NCBI GenBank assembly: GCA_965208125.1
Contig: OZ242320.1
Span: 1,792,001 to 1,856,000 of the forward strand
Length of the DNA stretch: 64,000 nt
Source: Candidatus Latescibacterota bacterium
Lineage (GTDB): Bacteria; Latescibacterota; UBA2968
Direction of reading: 5' to 3'
Positions 30,096-38,273 of this stretch are shown here, piece after piece (position 1 is the stretch's first letter; each line of letters opens with the position of its first letter). A model generated the notes under the pieces. That model was not told where the DNA came from, did no database searches, and saw only the letters and a program-made list of their open reading frames with translations. Position numbers and translations under genes: made by a program.

Positions 30096-32306
30096 TCATC
30101 GCCAGGGAATAGCGGCGAAAAAACTTTTGATCTCCTCGTAACGGTCCAATCTTTTTTCGAGGGTCTCGATATCTTCTTGACTACCTCCAAAAGCATCTTT
30201 CATATCTTTGATATGGTTTTCGTACTGCGTATTAAGGTTCTCTGCTCCTTTCTGGAAAGCAACCAGTGTTTCCTTCCAGAAAGTATCGATATTTTTCTCT
30301 ATCATTGAAAGGACATCTTCTTTTTTAAATACATCCTTGATTTTTTTTGCTAAACGTCGTTCCCAACTGTCTCCAAAGAGCCAGGAAGACAAGGCACCCA
30401 TCGCAAGAGCTACCCCGATCGCCAGAGTAATTGGTCCTCCTAAGGCCGAGACAAGAGCAGCTGCCCCTCCCGCGCCTCCCGCGAAAGAGAATCCCAAAAC
30501 GGACAGCACACGAACCATTTTTGCGACTATTATATATCCACCCAGATTTCCCAATGTGGATGCCCAAGCACCAAGAGCACCAAGGGTACCAAGCCCTGCT
30601 AATCCTCCGAGAAATGCTCCTTTCGCATCGAATGGTATAGAAAATTCTTCTGCACCTTGATCCTGTGGTACTTCTAACAATCTGTCTTTTCTTATACTTC
30701 GCATGAAACCATCAATGAGATCTTTAATCTCATCAAGCAAATCACGCCGACAATCCTCTGTCCGGGATTGAATTTCTGCAAGGACATAAGCAGCGGCATG
30801 CGTCTCCGCTTTTTTTTTATCCCCTTCATAGCGATCTTTAATCATCTGTTCTATCTTCTCGACCGCAGTTTCGTCCTCAAAAATTTCTCGGAATTTTTCC
30901 AGTTCTCGGTATTTCAATTTGTTGATTTCCCCTTCTATACGCTCTACCTCGCGTTTATGTCCCTTCTTTCTATCAGGCTCCCCTTTTTTTAACCTTTCAT
31001 AGTGTTTTTTTGCTTTTTCCTTCTCATCCCTAATTTTTGCAAACTTGTCGATTTCCTGTGCGTAAAAGTCCTTTCCTTCATCCTTAAATTTGAGAATTTC
31101 TTCGTTTACGCTTTCTTTTTTAATCGGCGGTATTTTCTTCCCAAGTAAGCGTTTTAGATCCTGTTCCAGCCTTTTTCGTCTTCCTCGTATTTCCTGGTAA
31201 AAACTGAAAAAGCGAGCATGGACATGCTCATGCGTAATTGACTGTTCACGACTGCTTAGTTTGGGAAGAAGGTTGTCCTCAAAGTGTTTATAGAAATCCT
31301 CACTACCTCCTCTCAATATCTGATTCTCAAGTTGTTTTTTTGGGATTCCAGGATGAGCGTGCGTCCCAATGATGAAAAGATTGCCGAGCTTAGGAAAGTC
31401 ATCATAAATTTCTTCATACCGTGGAAGACCACGTAGCAAATCAGCGAGGTGTGTCAGATCTCCACCACCGAGAAATCCTTGAACGGGACAAAGATATAAT
31501 AAAATAGCTCCACGACTGCTTAACTGGCCAATAAGAGACTCATCTGTTATCCTGTCACCGTACCCAGGCAAATCTACCAGGACGCACGAGTGGAGTAACG
31601 GAGCATCGACAAAAGCCAAGACAGCGCCTTCTCCGCTGTTATCATTCCGACCTTTTAGAGTGGCATGCTTTTTAAGCGTATCCCAACTTCCAGCGAGGAT
31701 TCGATTGTCTGTACAATAATCTTCGACAGCCCATTTTTCATGCTCTGTAAAACCGGGTCCCATAAGCCACAAGTCTTCCTTGAACCATGAAGGACGATCA
31801 GAGATATGACGAATAAAGGTGGGGTACCTGGTGACCGGACGGTAGCCCGTTGGAAGCCGGCCTTCTCCCAAATAGAAATTACAGAAATGGGACTTGCCAG
31901 CATCAAAACGTCCGGTGAGTACGACCCAGGGTTTTTCTTTAAGAACAGTAACACGGTCTCGAAACTGTTCAATAGTTAGGCCAAATGACTCATCACCTAA
32001 CTCTTCTTTAGAATTAAGAAATCGGTCAATGTACTGTTCAAGTAGCTCCAAATCTTCTGTGAGGGATCCATATAAACGGTCGTCAAAGTCAAAGATAGTT
32101 TCTTTTTGGGCTGGTGGGAGGTCTGGATCTGGTACAAGATCGTCAATTGAGCATCCTATGGTATAAGCCCATTGTTTCAATAGATCAATAGGGATATCTC
32201 CGCTGGCCTCATATCTGGATACCCGGGCCTGAGTAATCTTAAGAGCTTCCGCAAGGTCCTTTTGCTTTAATCCCGATTCTTTTCGAAGGTCTGCTAGATT
32301 CTTCAT
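30096..32306 (-). CDS. XRE HTH fused to dynamin-like GTPase
   Basis: HTH (QKDLAEAL…QARVSRYE), G1 GRFDAGKS, G3 DLPG, G4-like THAH, coiled coil, Gly-rich hydrophobic hairpin. Confidence 0.8.
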   Translation of the reverse strand: MKNLADLRKESGLKQKDLAEALKITQARVSRYEASGDIPIDLLKQWAYTIGCSIDDLVPDPDLPPAQKETIFDFDDRLYGSLTEDLELLEQYIDRFLNSKEELGDESFGLTIEQFRDRVTVLKEKPWVVLTGRFDAGKSHFCNFYLGEGRLPTGYRPVTRYPTFIRHISDRPSWFKEDLWLMGPGFTEHEKWAVEDYCTDNRILAGSWDTLKKHATLKGRNDNSGEGAVLAFVDAPLLHSCVLVDLPGYGDRITDESLIGQLSSRGAILLYLCPVQGFLGGGDLTHLADLLRGLPRYEEIYDDFPKLGNLFIIGTHAHPGIPKKQLENQILRGGSEDFYKHFEDNLLPKLSSREQSITHEHVHARFFSFYQEIRGRRKRLEQDLKRLLGKKIPPIKKESVNEEILKFKDEGKDFYAQEIDKFAKIRDEKEKAKKHYERLKKGEPDRKKGHKREVERIEGEINKLKYRELEKFREIFEDETAVEKIEQMIKDRYEGDKKKAETHAAAYVLAEIQSRTEDCRRDLLDEIKDLIDGFMRSIRKDRLLEVPQDQGAEEFSIPFDAKGAFLGGLAGLGTLGALGAWASTLGNLGGYIIVAKMVRVLSVLGFSFAGGAGGAAALVSALGGPITLAIGVALAMGALSSWLFGDSWERRLAKKIKDVFKKEDVLSMIEKNIDTFWKETLVAFQKGAENLNTQYENHIKDMKDAFGGSQEDIETLEKRLDRYEEIKSFFAAIPWR

Positions 32307-32365
32307 AATTAAGTCTCCTTTTGGGTACGTTGTACCATCTGCGAAGATGGCACAACGTGGAAAAA

Positions 32366-32674
32366 TTACCTACCAGCCTTTCGACCACCACCGCCAGCTC
32401 TTTGGTTCAGTGGAGGATTATGCTGGACAATCTTGGCTTGCTCATGGACACGGCGAGTTGTAGATGTACTTCTGCCATCCGCTCTCTGCCAGGCAAAAGT
32501 ATGGGTCTCACGCGGTGCCAGGCCCGTACGACGATGTTCTCCAATTCTGCGATTCAGGTTCACAGTTTCCCCAAAGTAATCCACCTTGCCACTTTCATTA
32601 TTGATGGCACGATAGAATCCGGGGGCATTGGGCGGCTCTTGCGTAGAGGGCCGCCCGCGTTTAGTAATGGCCAT
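32366..32674 (-). CDS. Small standalone GIY-YIG-like protein
   Basis: AGGAGG RBS; PGFY…YFGET.NLNRRIGEH…HE…NPPLN. Confidence 0.75.
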   Translation of the reverse strand: MAITKRGRPSTQEPPNAPGFYRAINNESGKVDYFGETVNLNRRIGEHRRTGLAPRETHTFAWQRADGRSTSTTRRVHEQAKIVQHNPPLNQRAGGGGRKAGR

Positions 32675-32705
32675 AAAAGACCTCCTAAAAAAGGATTGAG
32701 ATTGT

Positions 32706-32740
32706 GGGCTACCAGTTGCTCCGGTAGCCCGTGACTTACC
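32706..32740 (-). repeat. Conserved hairpin after peptide B
   Basis: Minus strand GGUAAGUCAC-GGGCUACCGG-AGCAA-CUGGUAGCCC. Confidence 0.8.
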
Positions 32741-32745
32741 GGCAG

Positions 32746-32835
32746 TTATACCGCCATCGCGGCGAAGTGCTGTCCGACGGTGATCAAAACCGTAGCGATG
32801 ACGCTGTACAACACTTTGAGCAGTAGTGCGTGCAT
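32746..32835 (-). CDS. Small hydrophobic peptide B (29 aa) MHALLLKVLYSVIATVLITVGQHFAAMAV
   Basis: AAGGAG RBS; 15/29 identical and ungapped to peptide A. Confidence 0.75.
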   Translation of the reverse strand: MHALLLKVLYSVIATVLITVGQHFAAMAV

Positions 32836-32897
32836 AGCTTTCTCCTTTTGGTTACGCTGGCTGTCCGAACAGGAAGAGCCAGAAAAGATGAGAGTTA

Positions 32898-32933
32898 TGG
32901 GCTACCAGTTTCTCCAGTAGCCCACGACTTACC
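32898..32933 (-). repeat. Conserved hairpin after peptide A
   Basis: Minus strand GGUAAGUCG-UGGGCUACUGG-AGAAA-CUGGUAGCCCA. Confidence 0.8.
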
Positions 32934-32934
32934 G

Positions 32935-33039
32935 CTACTGTGGCGGACGTCTATCTGCCATCGACGCGACGTGCTGCCCTATGGCCACTATGGCCGCGGC
33001 GAGAGCACTATACAGCACTTTTTTCCCAAGTGCTTTCAT
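32935..33039 (-). CDS. Small amphipathic peptide A (34 aa) MKALGKKVLYSALAAAIVAIGQHVASMADRRPPQ
   Basis: AAGGAGG RBS; homologous to peptide B. Confidence 0.75.
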   Translation of the reverse strand: MKALGKKVLYSALAAAIVAIGQHVASMADRRPPQ

Positions 33040-33103
33040 GATTTTCCTCCTTTGCTATGCCCGCTACGCATTTCTGCGGGAAAAATGAAATGTGATTTCC
33101 CAT

Positions 33104-33132
33104 AAAGTAATATTGAAATTTTATTTTGTCAA
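33104..33132 (-). promoter_or_regulatory. sigma70-type promoter for the peptide/GIY-YIG/dynamin operon
   Basis: TTGACA-17 bp-TACTTT on minus strand with AT-rich upstream tract. Confidence 0.65.
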
Positions 33133-33431
33133 GTTATTTTTATTAATAATTGAGAAAAATTTATTGATTTAATCCTTAAAGCATAATCCCTACTTAATAT
33201 AAACGATAATTGATGGTTAATCGGATTACGGTGCGCCCACAATGTATTTTCCAATCACAAAACCCCGCGTTATTCGTTTCAGAGGGCGCACTCTTATTGA
33301 TGTTATGCCCGCCCGCAGGTCTTCAAAAGATATGCGACACCCCAAAGCGCAAGGATGTCTAAATGTCTGCGGGCGGTCAGCACTGGTGTTGGCCGTTGGG
33401 TTCAGGCTGTTGCTTCTTTCAGGAGGTTGTC

Positions 33432-34251
33432 ATGTCAGGTTCGTCGTTTGTGGTTCCGTCGGCTGTGTTCTCGGGGTTGTCCGCTCTGTCTGGCCCCGTG
33501 GCTGTTGTGGGGTCGCGTTCTTTGCCGTCTGCGGCGTTGCTTTCGGTTGCTCGGTTCGGTCGTTGGGTGGGTCGTTCTCGTCCGCTCTGGTCCGGTGGGG
33601 CGTTGGGCGTTGATAGCGCTGCGTCTGCTGGTGCTCTGGCGCAGGGTGGTCAGGTGTGCTGGTGGTTGCCGGCTGGGTTTGGCGAGTTGGCCGCTGGGTC
33701 TTCGTCGCCTGTTGTTCGTGGCCCGGGTGGGGTCTTTCCCGTCTCGGCGCCCCGTCAGTTGGCTCGTTCTGTTCGGTGTGTTGCCTGGTCGGGTGGGCCG
33801 TCTTCCGCTTCTGTGCCTTTCAGCGAGCGGTTGTTCCAGCGGTCGGTTTCGCTTCTTCTCTCGCTTCGTGGTGCGGGTGGTGGGTCTGTGGTCTGCTTCA
33901 TCTCTCAGGTTGCTCTTTCGGCTCGGCGTGGTGGGTCCTGGTTCACTGTCCGTCGTGCTTTGGGGCTTGGGTTCCGGCCTGGCCGCGTCGTTGTTCGTTG
34001 TGCTCGTTGGGCCTGGCGGTTTTTCGCTTTTGTCGCCGGGGGCTGTGGTGTCCGCCTTTTTCGCTCCCTCTTCTTCTCAGCAGTCTCTCTTCACTCCCGA
34101 GCAGCTCGTGGGTGCGCGTCCGTCTCTCTTCCCGCCGGTGTCTCCTTCTGGGTCCCGTCGCGATCCGCATGGCGAGCGGTTTGATTCTCAGTCCGTGTGT
34201 GGGCCGTTGTCTCAGGCGTTCTGGCTCGGTTTCCGGTTCAGGTCTGGTTAG
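33432..34251 (+). CDS. Adenine-depleted DprA/SLOG-like protein, apparent +1 frameshift near 33985
   Basis: AGGAGGT RBS; VAVVGSR, SGGALGVD, RLFQRS, GSWFTVRRA; ~27 A in 820 nt. Confidence 0.65.
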
Positions 34252-34418
34252 GGTTTCTGGCCCTTCGGCCGCGGTCCATGTGTCGCATGTATGGCGATAA
34301 TTATGCGTGCATTTGTCGCCTTCTATACGTCAGTTGTCCACAAAAAGATACCGCGCTCCCGATAGCAGGAACGCGGCACTGAGTTGTTTTAGGGAATTAT
34401 ATCCAATGTTAGCCAATA

Positions 34419-35230
34419 TCAAAACTGTGATTCTTTTGCTTTTTTGGTTCTTTCAGCTTCCCTTTTTTCGCTTTGGGAACTCCTATGCTGCCAATAGCCT
34501 TGAAAACGGTATTCAAGTTCTAATTGGTTGAAATCTCCAACTCTTTTAAAGGAGAGGCGAATTTCTTTAAGTTGCCATTTGTTATCCGCATCAAAATCGG
34601 ATTTTCTCCAAAGTTCACTATCGGAATCTTGCGCCACGCGTACCTGTTCAGCCTGATCAAAAATAAACATACCCGGTATCTTCAGCCCGAACCCCTCTTT
34701 ACCATACTTCCTTCTTATACTAATCGTAAGAATTAAGTTTGCCTGGTCTATTGCCTGCTCAAGCTGTCGCAGAGTCGGGAAAAGGATTTCCCTCCTACTA
34801 CTGCTTACTGTTGGAGCGGCATCCCTGCCGCGATCACCCAATTTCGAGAACCTAATGCAAGATTTCTATATCTGATTAGTATTAGAATGTCGCGTATTTC
34901 CCAATACTTCAATCTTGGGTTATCAATCTCCCATTCCAAACGGACGGCCAGAAGTCCACTCTTTGGCAAAATTTCAAAATTTATGTACTTGGCATCCTTT
35001 GGCATTTTGGGATTTCGGACATAAAAAGATTCAAGCCCGAATACCGTCGTGCCCCCGAGGTTCTCAATAGTGCCAAAGTCCAAAGCGCGAATTTCATCAA
35101 TAGTCATCCCCTTCTTGAGTCCAAAAATATCTGCGTCTCTGGCGTCGCCATACGCCAGAGTGAACACACAGACCACCCAAATTGAAATTGTCCACGCAAG
35201 ACCTATACGTTTCAACAGTGAAACCTTCAT
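34419..35230 (-). pseudogene. Exported protein gene split by a 164-bp insertion
   Basis: Removing 34718-34881 joins the two ORFs in frame (…EIRDILI-RRKYGKEG…); signal peptide; FGLKKGMT. Confidence 0.7.
34718..34881. mobile_element. MITE-like insertion carrying two REP-like palindromes
   Basis: Ends TACTAATC/GATTAGTA; internal palindromes at 34774-34798 and 34810-34834. Confidence 0.7.
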
Positions 35231-35556
35231 AGCTATTTCTCTTATTCGCATAGCGATTCCAACCACGTCCATGCCAAGCATCTTTCCAGATAGACGGTAT
35301 CAAATGTGGCATTTGATGGCAGTGCGCTTGGTCGGGTAAGCCACACCTTGCAGTGTGCCGTGTTCTATTCGATCACCTCAACCGCCATTTCGATCATTGC
35401 GTCACCTGTTGGCATCCTCCACCACAGTCCCACCGTCAGCCCTTGGGCATTTTTCTGTTCGGTTGCCTTGATATACCAGTCCGAAGGCGTCAAGGCGACG
35501 TGGGCGGAATTACCCGCTTTATTGCACTTTTTGGGGATAACCCGCCTGGAGCTTCA

Positions 35557-36714
35557 TCAACTTGTCCAACCGGCAGGATCACTATCGGATAGACAGGAGA
35601 AAAACTGGACATGTCCGCAGTGGTCACAGACAAAGACCTTAAAGGATTGGCTTCCCTTTGGTTCCAACCCAAAATTGCTTATAGCAATGGGATTTCCTCT
35701 ATTTATAGCCAGTTTGTAAATCCCGAAACCACAAACTCTGCATGGGCGACGTACAGTATCGCTCATTCGATCACCGCCAAGTTTCAAGACTTCGAGGAGG
35801 ACGTCAATCTCGTAGAGCAAGATCCTCGCATTTTTGAGGCAATCCCGTTCACGTTCAACAATGCATTTATCAAGCAAACCATTGAGAAGTCTCATTTCAG
35901 GTCTGCCGGGGAACATTGCCTCAATATTGTTCCCTGGTTCGCGGTGATACCAAAGATGTAAAAACGGCTTGCCCGATACTATTGCCCAGATGACTTTACC
36001 CAATGAAAATACATCGAAACTGGGGTTTATATCTTCTATGCGCCTGCGCATAGCCCATGGTGGCATCCAGTCGGTACTTCCCACGTTTTCAAGGGTGCCA
36101 CTGATTCTCGTATGTCCTGGATCCTCAAAGAACACGAGACCAAAGTCGCCGAGTACCAATTGTTCGTTCTCATCTACAAAAATGTTCTCTGGCTTGATGT
36201 CGCGATGAACGATTTGCTTTTCGTGTAAGGAGGCAACCCCTTCAACGATCGGTCGAATTGCAGTGAGGGCATGTTTTACTTGTCCGGTGTACCGATCAGA
36301 CCTGTTTTTCAAGGTTCCTTTTGGATAGTATTTCGAGACGAACCACTTTTCCTCAAAGTTGAGATCCACAACCTCCAGAAGGTTTGGGTGGTCGGCTTGC
36401 TGCATAGCTTCCAACTCGCGTTTTAGCCGTTCCTCTGCATCATCGAAATTCTGGGCTTCATCCGGCGAGTGTAGAATTTTGAGCGCACCGTGATTCACAG
36501 GGTTTTCAGCCTGCACAATTTCGGAAATGATTTTTCGCATCAACTTCATTGCCTTCGGGGCATTGTATAGTTGACCGGCCTGTTGGACTGCCTCAAATAA
36601 AGTATCCGCAAGGTCGTCCAAAGGGACCTCATGCTTATCCAAGACACGGATGACCTTCCCCTGTCCACCTTCACCAATCTCTTCAATTTCCTCCCAACGA
36701 TTTTCGTATTTCAT
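35557..36714 (-). CDS. Hanks-type Ser/Thr kinase with C-terminal zinc ribbon
   Basis: GEGGQG, ALK, HRDIKPEN, DFG, DVFSLG; CRVC…CDHC. Confidence 0.9.
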   Translation of the reverse strand: MKYENRWEEIEEIGEGGQGKVIRVLDKHEVPLDDLADTLFEAVQQAGQLYNAPKAMKLMRKIISEIVQAENPVNHGALKILHSPDEAQNFDDAEERLKRELEAMQQADHPNLLEVVDLNFEEKWFVSKYYPKGTLKNRSDRYTGQVKHALTAIRPIVEGVASLHEKQIVHRDIKPENIFVDENEQLVLGDFGLVFFEDPGHTRISGTLENVGSTDWMPPWAMRRRIEDINPSFDVFSLGKVIWAIVSGKPFLHLWYHREPGNNIEAMFPGRPEMRLLNGLLDKCIVERERDCLKNARILLYEIDVLLEVLKLGGDRMSDTVRRPCRVCGFGIYKLAINRGNPIAISNFGLEPKGSQSFKVFVCDHCGHVQFFSCLSDSDPAGWTS

Positions 36715-36980
36715 TTACGGCCCTCCTATTTTGTCTTGTCAGATGACACTCATTACTGAGACAGACTATGAACGAGAAAGATATGCAGTGGATCTCGCCC
36801 GTCGATGTTCCGAGCAGGCCGACTCGAGTCGAGAAATTGAACGATCAGAGTAGTAAACTGAATGCCGATGATCCAGCGTTGGCCGACCGCAACACTGCTC
36901 TCGATATTGATCAAGCGCGTGTTCATCTGCTCGACAATCCCCTCAACGCGAGAAAGACGTGCATCAAACTATAGAGTCGT

Positions 36981-37331
36981 TCATTTTTTGATCTTGATAA
37001 CGACAATATAAGGAAGCCCATCATTGTTTGGCACAAATTCAGCCCTGTATTTGTGAGGATTCTGCCATGACCAGGGTATTCCCCCACCTTCATTTTCCAT
37101 CCATTGTTTGAATTTGTCTGGACAGTCTGTGAACTTAAATGACGGGTCATGACTCCAGTTTAAAATAGATTTTAGAACAAGGGGAGTTTCATCATTTTTG
37201 GGAAGCCAGAAATTAACTTCCCGAAGATCCTTTAAATAATCGATAATCCTGTTTCTGTTGGTAATAGCAAAGAAATAACTGTTGCCGCTTCCGCGAGCCG
37301 TTAATTCGATCCTCTTACTTATGTTAGTCAT
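36981..37331 (-). CDS. Hypothetical protein
   Basis: AGGAGG RBS; 116-aa ORF. Confidence 0.6.
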   Translation of the reverse strand: MTNISKRIELTARGSGNSYFFAITNRNRIIDYLKDLREVNFWLPKNDETPLVLKSILNWSHDPSFKFTDCPDKFKQWMENEGGGIPWSWQNPHKYRAEFVPNNDGLPYIVVIKIKK

Positions 37332-37422
37332 TAGAGCCTCCTCGCTGGCTACGGGTTTTTTATCCGAGTTTGATGAGAATGAGCATGCCGGGCGTCGGTG
37401 ATTAGCATTATGTATTTTTGAG

Positions 37423-38106
37423 TCAGAGATCCTTCAATTCCTCCTCGCAGATACAAAAAAAGTCTTCAATCTCATAAGGCTCAAGATTGCTCGAAATTGG
37501 CTCTGGTATGTCCTCAATTGATAATGATTTTTGTCTGTGATTTAGCCCAAGAGCCTTTGCACCGATCTTCGCCCCACTGTGCAGATAGATGACCTTCGGA
37601 TATAAGCCAAGTTTTGCCCCAATTCTCAGTGAGATGTCATAAATAGTCAGACAGCCAATGTCTGGGACAGTTATTATTATGCTATACACAAGTTCTCTTA
37701 AATCTTCAAAGTTTTTGCACATTTTGATTTTATCCTGAACACCAAGGAGTCTCCTCGCTGATTCATCAAGCGCAGACTGGGTTCTTCTTTTTTGGTGTGC
37801 ATGTCGTTTCCCATCAGGCCGGAGGCTGAGTGCGGCAATTCTAATCGCATCATTTAGAGTCTGATGATCATAATATCTGAAGTATTCCTTCATTCTATCC
37901 CTGTGTTCGTCAATGTAATAGAAGACAAGAGCACCAAGAGTCAAATCTCTTTGCCCTCTATTCTTGGAACTACAATTGAACGCCTCAACAGGCTTGGACG
38001 TTGAGCAATCCATATCATCAAAATTCATTTTCAACTCCTTTACATGTTTTGAAAACGTTTCACCAAAACAAAAAGTGTAGCAACGATGAAAGTTTGTCAA
38101 CCGCAT
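37423..38106 (-). CDS. Hypothetical protein, possible HhH-like DNA-binding/modifying fold
   Basis: VPDIGCLTIYDISLRIG, IYLHSGA, EIEDFFCI; true start probably later (AAGGAG before MNFDD). Confidence 0.55.
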   Translation of the reverse strand: MRLTNFHRCYTFCFGETFSKHVKELKMNFDDMDCSTSKPVEAFNCSSKNRGQRDLTLGALVFYYIDEHRDRMKEYFRYYDHQTLNDAIRIAALSLRPDGKRHAHQKRRTQSALDESARRLLGVQDKIKMCKNFEDLRELVYSIIITVPDIGCLTIYDISLRIGAKLGLYPKVIYLHSGAKIGAKALGLNHRQKSLSIEDIPEPISSNLEPYEIEDFFCICEEELKDL

Positions 38107-38273
38107 TTCAACAACTTGCCAGAGATTGCTTTTTCTGACTTAAAATCTCCACATGCGTTTTTTTTCGCGCTATCAATATATATTACAGGTTGCCAATTGC
38201 ACAGGACTTGCGTTTCTTGTTCCTAGACCGGCAGCGCAAGTCTCCCAACTATAACCTGAAGAAAGGAGAAACA

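Noticed and set aside
32706-32933. Hairpin repeats as a mini-CRISPR or integron attC sites
   Set aside because: Only two copies; the ~160-bp interval encodes a peptide; no RYYYAAC/GTTRRRY cores and no integrase.
33432-34251. DGR variable region explaining the adenine loss
   Set aside because: No reverse transcriptase or A-containing template repeat in the window, and 820 nt far exceeds a typical variable repeat; a remote system cannot be excluded.
33332-34288. ATGCGACAC/GTGTCGCAT inverted pair bracketing the A-poor gene
   Set aside because: Only 9 bp and does not extend; could be chance.
33242-34300. Several overlapping plus-strand ORFs as separate genes
   Set aside because: Stop codons need A, so all plus frames stay open in A-poor DNA; only the RBS-led frame has family motifs.
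36768-36974. 68-aa ORF between the kinase and next gene
   Set aside because: Weak RBS, no motif, opposite to its neighbours; unsupported.
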